From: Amoebidium appalachense
Taxonomy: Eukaryota > Protista > Ichthyosporea
Direction of reading: 5' to 3'
Assembly: GCA_963693365.1 (NCBI GenBank)
Contig: CAVNZM010000002.1
Span: 5,038,259-5,102,258 of the forward strand
DNA: 64,000 nt
Shown here in pieces: positions 1-23,754 of the stretch (the stretch's first letter is position 1; every line of letters begins with the position of its first letter). Position numbers and translations under genes: made by a program. The notes beneath the pieces were generated by a model. It was given only the letters and a program-made list of their open reading frames with translations, made no database searches and was not told the origin of the DNA.

Positions 1-1428
1 AACCACACCCAGCCAATACCCACACCCATTTTGTCTTTGCCTTATTGCTACATGATTCTCTTCCCCCACATACCTTAGCACTGCTATCCCCCTTCGGCTC
101 AGAGCTTTTCCTCGACATTTTCCTTTTCTAAGGCGCCAAAGCGCCTTTTATCCTTGCAGTTTTTCTTTCTGAGGGAACATGAAACAGTGGCTGCACTGAG
201 AGATCATCAGAGCTGGACGTGTCTAGGCTTGAGAGAACGTGTGGAAACCCGCTAGCGCAAAAAAAGAATGCACAGGGACTGTGAAAAACTCCGGCGCAAG
301 CTAATAACTCAAGGTATTTTTTCCCTTGAGGTTGATTCCAAGTGAGTCACCATGTGTGTGTGACAGGGGTGTCATGGGAAAGTGGGAGCTGGTCAGAACA
401 TTTGTATGTACATGGATGGCATTAGCACAAAATTTGTCGAGTAATAACTTGCTGACTCTGCATTCCTATTGTATTTGGGGTACGCTGTGTTGCTGGTGGC
501 TTTGAGGGAGCCCTACGCCGAAAACCCTTGTTAAAGCAAACAGCTCACATATAAGCGATCTATAAGGACTCCTTCCGACCACAAAGTTAGGCTGCATACA
601 AAAAAAAAAATAGGACTCTATTTCACGTGCACTTAAATTACTGGCATAAACTATGGGCTATATATTCCTACTCGGTTCTGCAGCTTCCTTTATATAAAAA
701 CGTTTAGCTTGAGGAATGAAAGAGCCTCATACAAGCCGTGCCAACCCTTGATAAAGTGAGAACATCATCTCGGATGCCATCAGTGACACGAAAAGTGTAG
801 GGGCTGTGCGATTAGGTTCCAGACACAGGTATGTGACCCGAAAACTTGATTCGAAACACTTCTTTTGTAGCGTCGGACAATAACGCCTCGACCACAGGTA
901 TTTGAGTAATGTCACGTTTGTACACTAGTATGCACTGGTGTAGTGCGTTTGATATTGTAGGAGCGCGGAGACAATAAATATGACGGCGTAAAGGTATAAA
1001 TTTATTGAGCGGCGCCACTCTAAAGAGAAAGCCCCATTTTTAATCTAGACAAATGCTCGAGTGAACGGAGCACTATTCGGGCTTGACCCGAGCTTGACCC
1101 AAAATTTTCTCTGAAGGACCCCGAAGACTTCGATCTTCGTTTGAGACCGGCTCACTGAAGTGTGATTTTCTACCAAAAGAAGTTCGTTAGCGAAGATATC
1201 AACACACTCCTTTTTCTACCGTAAGGAGGGAACCGAACTACCGGGCCAAATAGAAGAAGCTTGTTGTCGGGCGTTATCTAGACTTCCTGCTGTAGTTTCA
1301 AAAGCTGTGGTTGTTTGCTTTTTTAAGGCTCACCTCCTTCTCAAGTTTAGGGGTCCCTTTAAAGAGAACAGTTCATCCCCCTCCCCCCCTCCCCCCCCCC
1401 CCCCCCCCGCGCCCCTCACTCTCTCTTC

Positions 1429-1463
<35 letters not shown>

Positions 1464-1779
1464 CCCCCCCCCCCCCTCCTGTCCCCTTCTCTCTCCCCCC
1501 CCCCCCCCCTCCCCTCCTCCTCCTCCTCTCTTACCTCCCCCCACGCTCCCCCCCCCCTTCTTATTCTTTTTTTTTAAAAAATAATAGTGAGCTGGACTCT
1601 TCTTGTCTATGTGGAACGCTCAACAACACTTTAAACCGACCAGGAAAAACTATAGCGAGAAATGATAACTCATAGATTCAGAAAAGGCCAGCCTGAAATT
1701 CAAAGAACATCATCACTGGTCGATAGCTAGTTCCCCTACATTGTGCGTCGCAAAAGCTTACGTAGAAAGAATCACGGAA

Positions 1780-2403
1780 ATGGCCACCAAGAGAACCTCT
1801 CACAAGGAGGCTGTTCGCCAAGCAAAAAGAGAGAAGGAAGAGGTAGGCTTCTGTTGTTCCCGTGCACGTGCTTGTGTTTCTATAACTTCATGTGCATTTT
1901 GATTCCACTTCTAGGTGCCTTTTCGTGTGACAGCTTTTTTTTCTGCATGCTCTTGGTCCAAACCTCTTTGGATCCCACCCACCCGCCCATCTCGGCGCAT
2001 CCTTCCAACGATTCACAAGGCTTTTTCCATTCGCACAAACACAAAAAAGACACGCAAAATGAAATAAGAAAGTAAGAAACAATGGGTTGTTTCTCAAAGC
2101 TATGATACTGACCCCTTGTACCGTGGCTCTGGCTGTATGGTGCTCGTGTGGTAGTGTGTGCGTCCAGTGGTATGTTGGTACCCACCCTCCCCCGTTCCCT
2201 CCCACTCCCCTCCCTTTTACCCCCCCCCTCCCCCCCCCCCCCTCCCCGCGCGCGCGTCCATCCTTCCCCTCCTCCCTTTCCCGGCTCCCCCACTGGGGTA
2301 GATGAAGCGATAATGATTGTAACAGTTTTATATAAAGAAATATCTATTACAGGCATCAGACGATTTGGAGTCTAGGAAGAAGACGGGCGGCGTGGCCTTG
2401 CTT

Positions 2404-2438
<35 letters not shown>

Positions 2439-3056
2439 GGGGGGGGGGGGAGGGGGGGGGGGGGTTGAGAGAAACCAACCCAAGCCAACCTTCTTCTACG
2501 GGCATCAATGGTTTAGAGTCTAGGGAGAGGATTGGTGGAGTGGCGTTTGGGGGGGGGGGGGGGAGGGGGGGGGGGGGGAAGGGGGGAAATCGCCTCGAGA
2601 GAAACAAACCCAACCCAACCCAGTCGAGGGCTTACTTACTAAGGTTCATATGCTGTTCTGCAGAAACGGGAAGCTGAACTCGCAGCCAAGCAAGATGAAT
2701 CTGAGGAAGAACTTAGATTGAGGCCCCACCCCCGTTGGAGCCAAGTACAGAGGAACTGGGTCCAGCAACATGTCCCGTTTGCAGCATCCATGATTTTGTA
2801 CTTTTCCCCTGTATCGTACCTGAAATTCCTGCTTTGGTGGTTGTTACTGGGGTTTTTTGCCGAGCATGAGTTCGGCACAGTGTACTTTACTTTTTCGCTG
2901 TTTGCGCTCGTGTTTAGTAACCTGGATTGGAGCGGGAAGAGAAGAAAGAAGGGAGATCTGAGTGCGTATTCCGTGTTCAATCCTAATTTCGAAACACTAG
3001 AAGGCACGCTGACGGGTGATCAAATAGATAAGGAAATCAGAAAGGGGGTTATGTGA
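1780..3056 (+). CDS. SAYSD1: SAYSvFN domain-containing protein, 2 coding exons join(1780..1842,2664..3056), 151 aa
   Basis: C-terminus GDLSAYSVFNPNFETLEGTLTGDQIDKEIR follows a hydrophobic hairpin (WWLLLGFFAEHEFGTVYF), the SAYSvFN signature. The GTAGGC...TACTAAG...CAG intron is phase 0 and in frame. Confidence 0.9.
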
Positions 3057-3500
3057 AATAACGGACATAAAAGTGCCATGTTCAACAATGACCTCCTTTT
3101 AACCAGGCATGGCAATGCTTGGACTCAGTATGAGTTAACACTTCTGGATAGTGGTGGTAAGTTTAGTATTCTTTAGTCGGAACCTTCAAAACTGACACAG
3201 TAGAAGAACTTACGGTTCACTTGCGCCCCCGCAGTTCTGCACTGCCAGTTGATTCTAGCAGGCTGACAGACAAATATAGTGAAGTTCAACTCTACTTTTA
3301 GGAATTTGGGAACAGAGTTTCAGCTCTTTCTCCCTCCCCCTCTCTTATCCCCCCCCCCCCCCCCCTCTCTGGTGCCCTTCAAGCTCTCTTTCTTTGTTTT
3401 TCTCTTTCCCCCTCCCCACCTGCCCTCTCTCTCTCTCTCTTCTTAGTCTTTCTCTGACCCAAACTCTCTCTATCCTCCCCCCCCCCCCCCCCTCCCCCCC

Positions 3501-3640
3501 GGAAGAGTCGAAACCCATTCATTTGTAGTGGCAAGGGGCCTCACTGATGATGGTGTCCGTTCAAGTCTCAGCGGCTGCACCATGTAAATTTTGGTTCCTG
3601 GTTTTTGTATTTTTGTGCTTTGTCTTTTGATCCACCTGCT
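3501..3640 (+). mobile_element. 5'-truncated copy of the same repeat family, downstream of SAYSD1
   Basis: GAGTCGAAACCC...GGGGCCTCACTGATGATGGTGTCCGTTCAAGT, starting right after a poly-C run. Confidence 0.6.
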
Positions 3641-3956
3641 TCCGTAAGTCCAGCCCTCTACTGTGCACCCTATAACACAATCTAACCCTCTCCCCTCTCC
3701 CCGGGCTCCCCTCCCCACTCTTGGATCCCTCCTCTCCCGCTGCATTCAAAACGATTCAACTGTCTTTCTTTCACCTCTCAGTATTTCCTTCTGTCTTCTC
3801 TCCCCTCCGCCGTCCCTCCCTCTGCCCTCCATCCCCCCTCCCCCCGCTCCTCCCCCTGCCTACCTCCCTCTGTTCAAGGTTTCTCTGCCCGTCTCTAACT
3901 ACACAGGGCCTCCCAACCAACCCCCTCCACCCCCCTCCGAGTCATACAGACATCAA

Positions 3957-4011
<55 letters not shown>

Positions 4012-4104
4012 ACATAAATCCACACACAAACACACCCTCCGACTCCCACCCCCCCTCCCCCCCCCCCACCCTTCCCCGCCACACCTCTCTGCTCCTAAGG
4101 CTTC

Positions 4105-4138
<34 letters not shown>

Positions 4139-4267
4139 CCCGCCAACCTAGCTAGAGACCATGGCGGCCACACACACTATCCATTCTGCCTCTTACTCTC
4201 TCTCCGGATCCGGCGATGGGCCTCTCTTTCTCTCTCGTCTCGTTCCGAGTCGTTTTCTCTCCGAATC

Positions 4268-4905
<638 letters not shown>

Positions 4906-6045
4906 AATTTTTTCGATAATTATTGAGTCCTCCGACCCCTAGTGTGAATCGAGAAAAAAGGGCTGGCCTCTTGCTCTCTCGAGCTCGGAGGCTCAGCTCG
5001 CAGTGCAGAATTCTATAGCATGGGGATCTCTCCCTCCCCGACCCCCGTTATATCTCGGCCATGCTCATGGGCTTTGCCATGGCCCATATATAGGGACTCG
5101 CTCGAGTCCGCCCCTCAAGCTTTCTCGGCCTCGGATATCGATGCCCCCTTAAGATCGACTCAGAACTTCCTCACAACTACAAATGGGTTATGTACCGTGG
5201 CGGTCTAATATAGTTTCGGGAAACGCCGGGGGGCAGCCCATCGTGTGCATACTTGGCCTCTGTGCGCATGCGCGCATGGCTTGCTGCGTTTTCCAACAAA
5301 TAAATCGTTGCGCCAGCCATTTCAACCCATAGACCTTTGACCAGGCTGCACTGCAGGCCGTGTTCATGGTCATTGGCCAAGTGGACAGAACATACAAGTA
5401 GTAACCGATATTGGAGGAAGCTACTGCATTGTCCGTGGCAATTTCTGATCCTGGGGGATCGCCAACATCTGGCAGGTCGGCCTCGGGACTCGGCGATATA
5501 CTCAGTATCTAAAGTAAGATTCTATACTGTCAGACTGTTTCCGGAGTGTACCGATAGTCTTACATTAGATACCCTTACTTGTGCCATCATGTGAACCATG
5601 CCATGGCCACGGCTATCTAGAGACTAGATGGCCGTGGCCACTGGCCATGGCTTACGCACTCTCTGACTCACCCGGGAATTGTCCGCAAATTAACAAAGCT
5701 TCTTCAGAACCAAAAAAAAATTAAATGCCTTTTTTTTTCGTTTTAAGAAAAACCTGTCCTTTAAAAATAGAAGCCATTTTTTGTGCCTGTTTGTGTCTTT
5801 TTTAGGCAAAAGAATAATAAGGTGATAAGCGAAAGAAGCCACAGTTATTGGAATTCGAATGCCAAACGTACATGTGCTATTCATTTTTCAAATATTCTTC
5901 AGCTATTGGCTTAGGATCATGCATACAAATAGGCTTACATTTATTGGTATTTGGCCGACATATATCGACAGTTATCGATCTGGATATCGTGAGGCAGCTG
6001 GCCTATATATATGGTAGATTGGCAAGGGTCGATCTTTCTTTGGGG

Positions 6046-6096
<51 letters not shown>

Positions 6097-7502
6097 TATA
6101 TCGATGTAATAAATTAAGAGAAAGAAGTGAAAGAAGAAGTGATTGAAAAAATTAAGAAGAGGGGCTAACTGCTTTAAAAAATCTGCGTTAAAAAAACTGC
6201 GTTAAAAGACTGCGTTAAAAATCTATTCAAAAATTTCTAAGATATCGGTGATATCTCGATGGCTTCTATTTTGCTGAGCATATCAATAAAGTCATTACAA
6301 AAACTTTTTTCCTCTTGTTTTATCAATAGCCCGATAGGCTTGGGGGGTTTATGCACATTGTATTCATGCGATGGCATCGTCAGGGGCCCAGCCTCACTTG
6401 ACGGCCTACTGCGTTTTCAGCGCAGCCAATCAAATGCAGCTAGTGACTTATGTACTCTGTATGCAATAAAACAACCCTAGTATAGATTATGGATAAGCAG
6501 AAGCTAGCATTGGTAGCTCCGAGAGAAAGTTAAGACAACGTATCACAATATCATACTGTGCAGTGAATAAGGTGATCTAACACGGTCATTGCAATTGCAA
6601 TTGCCAGACGGCTGTTTTACACACTGTGTGCTGTACAACCTATTGTAGTTTCTGCTAGCGAAGTCTTATTCGGCTTGTTCAATCGACCGATCTTAGAAAT
6701 TAAAGAAGAAGGGTGGGGGGAGGGATAAAAGCTTGGGATGGGGTGCAGGCGGTAAGTGTAAGATGCGTTGTTGTGACTACCTAAGGCTGGTAAGGCATCA
6801 TACTGTACAACTAAAATAATAAAAATTTAATAAATATATACATACAAATATACATATATTGCATTGTATCTATATACAAGTACCTTATTTTGAGTTCCGC
6901 GAAGAACTTTACTGCTCTAGTGCGATTTATTGCAACTGTCACCCAATAGCGTTTAAGATTGAGAAAATTGATAAGAACCCCATTGGAAATGCACGGGATC
7001 GCATTTCAGTCTCACACAAATTGCGGCGATTGGGTTTTTTTTGAGTGCGCTTACCAACTTCATAATCCCATTCGATTCTTGGTATGCTATTCCTGTCGCA
7101 GGGATACCAGAAAAGTTGAGCTTTGCACAGTGGCACGAACAGTCGTGTTCACGCGTGCACACAGGTCTGGCACCAGCTATTATTTCTGGGGGCGAAACTC
7201 TCTGAAGTTTCGTTACTCTCAAGTGACTCTCAAGTCTGCGTGTCCTGTGCGTGTGTCGTTGGGTAGAAAGGAGATCAGCCACACGGACCCTCTTGTTCCG
7301 AACCCGGTTTCGTTGCTTGTGTTTTCTGTTCCCGTAACTGTTGGCATCTCTTATTCCCCTGTAGTTGCTTCCCTGGTCGAGTTTTGTTTGCTGCCTCCGT
7401 TAAATTTGTCGAGTGATAAAGTAGTGCTCTTTTTTTTAATGTACTCCTAGTGAAATTTTTTTTACGCGAATTTAGCGCCGATTTGGCGTGCAGGAAACGA
7501 AA

Positions 7503-10149
7503 ATGTCGAAGCCTTTTCTGGCCGCCCTGCACATCCTTGTGCTTGAAGGAGTGGAGCGACTTAACTACTACACCATCGTTAACGTGCAAAGGTGAGAAAA
7601 AACGAGCAATAAGAAAGGTATTAGTGAAAGCTAAGGTCTTCTGAGCTTGTTTGCCTTCTCTCTCTGTGCCTCTTAGTTTCTCTTTTTTTCGTTCCTTAGC
7701 ATGGTTCCCATTCCTCTGCTTCTCGATAATCGTTGTCCCGTGTCTGAAGGTCCAGGTTGTATGGCTCTGTAGATTCTTGGTTCACGAAGATTGGATTTTC
7801 ATTGGGGTTCACGTCTCTTTTTCTCCACTTTTCTAAGGCATACGGCACGTTAAGCGTTTGGAAGTGGTAAAAAATGGGTTTTCGTTGTTGACATTACAAG
7901 CTCACTTGCCCTTTTCTGTTCCGTTGTTTTTTTCTTTTTGCAGGAACAACTTGGAACGGCAGTTTCTGTATCCCACGTCGACGGCTGTTTCATTGACAAA
8001 TGTCCAGACGGCTCTTGCCTACACCACTGTGTTTCTTGGCGCTTATTTTGGGGATTCCCTGTTTGGTCGCTACAAGTCCCTCATCTCGTTCTTCATCGTC
8101 TATCTTGTTGGTATTGCGCTTGTATGCACGGCTGTATATCCTGAGATCAAGAGCGAGGCGCTGTATCTGTTCGCCATGACAACATTTATTGCGGTTGGTG
8201 CCGGCGCCTCCAAGCCAATGATCTCAACGTTTGGTGGGGACCAGTTTGATCCGTCGAATCCCCAGGAGAAAAAGAGCCAGAAGCGCTTTTTCGCGTACTA
8301 CTTCTTGATGATTTCACTCGGAGGAAGTAAGTGCTTCCTTTTGGGGAGCGCATGTGTGAATCTCTCTCTTCTTCTTTTTACTTGAACGAACCTAGGAAGG
8401 GGTTAACCTGGGAAAGACGGCTCGAAAGGTGTCATTTTTATCTGATAGATGGCACACCACATGTTCCGAGGAAGCAATATCTCTCTGCCGCTTCTTCTCG
8501 TGGTCCTTGTTCTACAGGATTATTGAAAGAAATTCCTTCCCCCTTAAATTCCCTGACATCTGAAAGTACTTATTTTTCTTTCTGTCTTAGGTGTCGTTGG
8601 TAGCAGACGCTAACCTTCTTCCCTCCCACCAGCCATTTCCTTTGCCTGCCTCACGACGCTGGCAGTGGGTGGGTCCGCCGCTCTCCCTGGCAACAAAGGA
8701 AGCACCTTTATTCCCCGCGAGTATGGCTTCTTCTCCGCATACACTATCACCGGAGGCTTCACGCTCCTGGCGTTCCTCTTTTTCCTTGCGGGCACCCCCA
8801 GATACCGACACGCTGTTCCTGACGGAAACTCGGTGAAGGGTATGTTCTACTACACGTACAAAGGCGTTTTTACGAACTCCCGGGGAAAGAGCGTCTTTGC
8901 CGGTGCAGCCCTCTTTACCTTCTTCGTCATCTTCACCATTGTTCTCGCATTTACGCCCGAGGGCACGTTCCAGCTCGTCGGATCCGTCTTTGCGATTCTG
9001 ACCCTTTTCGCCGGAACTGGCTGCATGGTGTACGGCTGCTTGGACACGCGGTGGGTCAACTCTATTGGTGATATTGCAAACAACTGCCTCACGGTGGCCG
9101 AGGCCAGGCAGGTGTTCAGCACTATGCCCATTATCCTCGTGGCCAACCTCAGCTTCACGCTACTGCAGGAGTCCTTTACGGGGCCTTTTGTCGTGCAGGC
9201 CTGCCACATGGATTTGCGCATCGGCGGAGGCCAGCTGAATGCGGTAAGGCTTTTTGTTTATTTTTATTTTTTTTACTTGTTTGTTGTTATTTTATTTTCA
9301 TTTTATTTTATGTTATTTTATTTGCGGGGGGGGAGGGGGGGGGGATGATGGGACAGCAACATGCACAAAGCTTTCCCCTGCCTCACCCTACCCCCAACCC
9401 CCTCCTTCAACAAGTCCACCTCAGAATCTCCAACGTGAGATCAGAAACTGGCCTCATCTTCAACTCAAGCCTTTTGCTTTGACCCCTTTCCCCACACACA
9501 CGCACACTCACAGCTTCCCTCTCCTAATCACAAGAGAGTTGCGTGTACAGTCAGTGCAAATCCCAGCACACACTAACCAACTCACCGATACACTAGACGT
9601 TCCTCTATGCCATCATCACGCTCACTGTCGGTGTCTTCACGCCACTGCTTCACGAAATCGTCTGGCCGGCGTGGGGAAGGCTCCGTGGCCGGCCTGTCTG
9701 CGTATGGGACAAACTTCTCGTTGCGTTCATTACGGGTATCTCGTCTCTCGCTATTGCCGTAGCGATGGAATATGCGCGTCGTGCGCATCCGCTCCTCCCC
9801 ATGGCAAAGGAGAACATCAGTCTATGCGCTGGAAACAAACTGGACCCCGTTGTGATGACGGACATGTCCATCTGGTGGATGCTCTTTGCTATTGTGCCCC
9901 TGGGCATCTCTTTAACGTGTTTCTACCCGACCCTCCTCGCTTTTGCCTATGAGGAGAACCCACCCCGCGCGCGGAACTTTGCGCAGGCTAGTCTACCTTT
10001 TCCCGTCCTCCTCTTACGTTCGAACGATCAGTTTGTGTGCAGGGCGTGCCCGTGATTATGTGCGTCCACCAGGACAGTGTACAAGTGCACGTTGTGTGTG
10101 TACACATGTGTATGTGTCTTTTTGTGTGATTGTTTTTTTCTTTTTTTTG

Positions 10150-10180
<31 letters not shown>

Positions 10181-10389
10181 TCTCTCTGCTGGAACCAACT
10201 TTACGATGGTGCCTGTCATGTGGCCATGTGAATATCCGACCTGTCCGTGTGTTTTCAGGTCTGTGCGATGGTGCTGCTCCCTTGCTGTTTCTGAAGCTGA
10301 ATTAGTCAGCATAGATGCCTGTGCCGCATGTGTATTTGTTAATTATGGGTTTTTGAATGGGGGTGTGCGTAAGTGGTTGGGTTGAATGA

Positions 10390-10427
<38 letters not shown>

Positions 10428-10944
10428 AGGTATGAGTGTGTGGCACCGAAGGGGGGGGGGGGGGGGGGGGGGGTAGGATGCACCATGCGAATATCTTACC
10501 ACACCATTGACTAGCCCACCGTTTGCACAAAACACTAACCCCCTCTCCTCGTCCACCCCTTAGGCCTTCAACCTTTTCAGTGCCTCCGGTCTGCCCAACA
10601 TTCTCGCCGCTTGCCTCACCCACGTGCTCCGCAAGTACCTCCCCAACAACCTCGACAAGGGGAAAGGACACGTCGAATATTTCCACTACGTTGCCATTGG
10701 GGTTATGCTCGTGGGAATGCCGCTTTCTTGGTACATTTGTCGCCAGTTCTTCACTGTTGGTCGCGACAGAAACCGCATGGAAGACCACTTGAAGGCAATG
10801 GAATCTGGGAGCAACGTTGGGTCCCCGAGCGAAAGGACTGCAAACGGAACCTCGGAGGGTACGGTGGTGGTGGAGGACGGGTCGAGTTTTGGGACGAGGG
10901 CTCAGGGGGGAGTGGAGATGTCCAAAAAAGGAAGCGACATGTGA
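7503..10944 (+). CDS. Proton-dependent oligopeptide transporter (POT/PTR2, MFS), join(7503..7591,7944..8326,8633..9243,9597..9986,10564..10944), 617 aa
   Basis: ExxERFxYY-like motif (EGVERLNYY), GAYFGDSLFGRYK, GASKPMISTFGGDQFD, QACHMDLR, and many hydrophobic segments. All intron phases are consistent. The last intron uses a GC donor (CAG|GCTAGT at 9987). Confidence 0.92.
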
Positions 10945-12049
10945 CTAGCCGGCCAATCGGTCAGCCAATCGGAGGAGGGGAATGAGATGCAATTGCTAAG
11001 GGGAGATGGTGCGAGTTTGTCGCAGTGGCCACGACCGCGGTAAGGGGGGAGGGAGTGGTGGTGGATGGTGGGGTGGAGGAATATATGACAACATCCACCA
11101 TGTTCTGCGTGTTTTGTTGCTTCTGTGTGTGTGTGCATGCGGGTTGTAGACTTGCTATGCGCATATAGGTAGTAAGCAATGACACACTTGGGACGTGTTG
11201 TGTGCAGGCGCAAGGTCGGGGAGAAATCTTTGAAATGTGCTGAAACTGCATTGAATTTAGACTCGTGAGGTATATATTGTGTAATTGCTTGAGCCGGCTG
11301 TTATTTTTTATGTCGATAACTCTACTGGCCATACGTTTTTTAATGTTTGCTTAGCCACCATCCACACCCAACAGCACTAACTAGAGTGGTAGATATCACT
11401 CATGTAATAGCTCGTTTTGCGCGGTGTTTCGGTTTTTTATATCCGCCGGGGAAAGGTGTTTTTTTTTTTTTTTTATTCTATGGGGAAGGGTAGGAACTTG
11501 TGGGTGTAAATAGGCGCATAGGCAGATTCTGTTGTGATATGCTCTTTGTATACGTAACACTAAGTTGATCTTAGTTGTCGGTTGAAGTAAGGGTGTGATG
11601 CCCGTAAACATAGTGGAAAATAATCGCTTTTGATAGTGGTAGGGATGTTAACCATATGCCAGCAGGGAATGTAGCACGTAATGAGATAATAGGTGTGTGA
11701 GGTGGGCTTGTGAAGAAGCAAGGAGACAGGGTTTCTGTTTTGGCGGAAGCACAATCGAACCATAGCTGAAAGAAACAGGCGAGAATTGTAAGGGCTGATC
11801 AATATCTGTTGGAAAGTCAATGTATCGATGACCACCATTTGGCTATCCGGCTTGAGGGCTTCTCATGCATTTCCCCCCTCTCCGGGCCCTCTCTTCCCTT
11901 TCCTGGCCAGCACATGTACACTCACGCACGGGCACATGTGCACACACGTAACATAACTGTTACGTGTACATACAGTTTGGTAAGCATTGCGGGCGCCGGG
12001 GCCTGAACACACATTATTAATACTCGTACGCGTGAGCGCGAGACACACG

Positions 12050-12081
<32 letters not shown>

Positions 12082-12461
12082 ACTAATAATTATTAAAATT
12101 ATACCCGAAGTATTACGAGACTCAGTGGCGCATGCCACGACGATATTGCGCATACGTTCTCTTCAAATTCAGGCTACCAGGTATTAAAGTGCATAGGCTA
12201 ACGTATACCTGTTCATGTGCACGTGATGGCATCCCCTAGGACCTAGCTAGACTTAGAATCAATGGACAGCTGCAGTCGTCCGTCTACTTGCATGTACGTG
12301 TGCGCCTTCACTGAGTGTATTAAAATTTGTGTGTATCTGTGTGTGAATTCATGTGTGTGGGTCTACAGGCTGCAGCAGAGGAAATCGAAGCCCACCTGGA
12401 GAGGGGGGGGGAAGGGGGGGGGGGGGCCGGGGGAGGGCATCGGCCGCGGGAGGGCTCGGAA

Positions 12462-12497
<36 letters not shown>

Positions 12498-13353
12498 GAG
12501 GATCTGGGAGGGAGGGAGAGGGAGGGGGGGGGGGCCTGATGCAGGTAATCGGTGGCACGACAATTAGTCCAAACTCGGTTTGCATGTACATTATAATTAC
12601 TAATCCGGAGTTGATCGTGCATAGTGCACTGGGAACCAGAAAGTGTATACGTATTTCCGATGATTGAAGATGGATTTGATATTAGTACCTTCCTATGTCA
12701 GCCCATGCAGTCCCCACATGACCTAACATTCACACACATATTCGCTTGCACAAATATGAAATGTACATACAATTTACAGAATCTGCAGATATCTGAAAAT
12801 GCAGACATCCCTACTAGGTAAACTACAGACACTAATCTCATATGCACACATGTATGCTACCTACTACCTACTATTTAGTAGTGTGGGGTTTGGATATTAC
12901 GCGGCAATATTTAATTTGCAGAAAAAATAAAACATATGTACGAATACCGACAGATTTTATTTTCAATGGCACAGCCACAGTTCGACCGGTATTATCTTGA
13001 ATCTTTACATAACCTCTTTCGTACCAACACTTTGGCAAAAGCATAATCAAAAAAGGAAGTGAGTGAGAGGGAGGAGAGAGACATGGAGAGGGAGGGATAT
13101 AGTGAGGAAGAGAGGGCGGAAGAGACTCAGAGAAAAAACAAAGGTGGGGTAAAGAAGCCCAGACAAGCATAGAAACCACAGAGCCACAATATCAACGGTA
13201 TCTTGATAAGGCACCTGGAGATACTGTTTTTTCGTCAGAAGACATACAGACATTGGTTGGTTGTTTGGGGGGGGGGAGGGGGGGGGGGGGGGGGGGGAAG
13301 GGAGGGAGGGGTAAATAAGAATGCATAAATGGTAATGATTTCGGCCAATCAAA

Positions 13354-18011
<4,658 letters not shown>

Positions 18012-18778
18012 GTTTGCGTTTGGTTTGGAAAACAGAAATCTGCACAAAATGTTTAATGCGCGAACACACACGAGGTGGTACGTTAGGACATGGCTGCAAA
18101 GGTCGCCGGCGCCAGTTTATGGAGGTGTGTCCTAAATTCTACTTAACCTATAAACGTATTCTAGTGTAGCAGAAGACCGAAAACCCCTGGGCGAAAGAAG
18201 AAAAGAGAAGTGACCACAAGAACAAGTGTTTGTTTGCTTTGTTGTCCGGTCATGGCGCCAGAACAGGTTCGTAACCAATCACATTTTCCATCTTATTTAT
18301 AACTTTATATGGATATATATCAACTCATTGGATTCGTTGATTTTAAATTTGAGCACACATGATGACACATCCGATCATCATCAGCGGGCCAGATGTAAGT
18401 GTCGCCTTGTGTCAGTGGACCCGGGGACTTCAAAACCAAATAGAGAACTCTATATTTTCTCACATGCCGTTGCATTCTCTCCTGACACCCTCTACTTTTA
18501 ACCCTTATCTATTAATAAGAATAAGAATTATTATTCTCTCAGGATTTTCACATTTGTGTCCAAAGATTTTTACATCACTAAAGGGCCCACACCTGTGTGT
18601 CAATTGCCTTTCACGGCTCGCAGGTCTTCCCAGTGGGCAATTTTTATTTAGTATTTCGTCTTGACAACACACATTCTCTCACCCAAAATTTTTCCCCTCT
18701 CCTTCTGTTGCTTCCATAAAACACATAAGGGTGTTATTTTGCCTCCCCCTCGCTCTCTTTTTAATCGCCACCACCGTT
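18012..18778. promoter_or_regulatory. Probable shared divergent promoter region (transglutaminase-like gene / ANKRD39)
   Basis: 767 bp, AT-richer and free of microsatellites, between head-to-head start codons. Confidence 0.5.
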
Positions 18779-22812
<4,034 letters not shown>

Positions 22813-22968
22813 ACATCGATGTACTCTATCATGTCTAAACACAAACACGGGGATTGTGCTGGCATGGTGGTTATATTCCTCACTGGCTACAAAAGCATGA
22901 ATGGTAATCTATATTATCTATCCCCCCTCCCCAACCACCACCACCACCACCACCATCACCACCACGTG

Positions 22969-23011
<43 letters not shown>

Positions 23012-23172
23012 CACACATGCACACCACATGCACACCACATGCACGCACACACATGCATGCACACACATGCACGCACAGACACGCACACACGTACACATAC
23101 ACACAAGGGTACATGCACGGATGCATGGGCGCACACACACACATACACACACACTCCCTTTCCCTTTCTCTC

Positions 23173-23264
<92 letters not shown>

Positions 23265-23679
23265 CTCCTCCTTCTCTCTCTCTCTCTCTCTCTTTCTATA
23301 TATATACATACATATATATATATATATATATACATATGATTCGACGAGCTTTGTGTATCTACTAACCCCAGTAATTCCTTCCTCCCCCTCCTCCTCCCCC
23401 TCCCCCCCCCCACACACACACAAACACACCTGCCCCCTCACCCCCTTATCCCCACCTCCCTCTCTGGCCCCTAGCTTGTCTTCGCCCTCCGCAGAGGCAG
23501 ACACATTAAGAACCTGAGTCGGTTCTAAACCTGTTCCTTGGAGTGCTTGTGTCCTTAACAAACACCCGGTGTTGCACATAGCTGCACATACACTCTCACT
23601 CGGGTGCAACATTTAGAGTAAAAAGGGTTACAACAAGCACGTCAACAGGTTCACACACATACACACACGCGTGCGCGCG

Positions 23680-23754
<75 letters not shown>

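Noticed and set aside
3540-3560. TGATGA motifs as C/D box snoRNAs
   Set aside because: The motif lies inside the dispersed repeat, without a consistent downstream D box or terminal stem.
6959-7450. 163-aa ORF upstream of the transporter, and short ORFs at 700-1020 and 26552-26845
   Set aside because: No recognisable motifs and no convincing splice structure. These are probably promoter, UTR or intergenic sequence.
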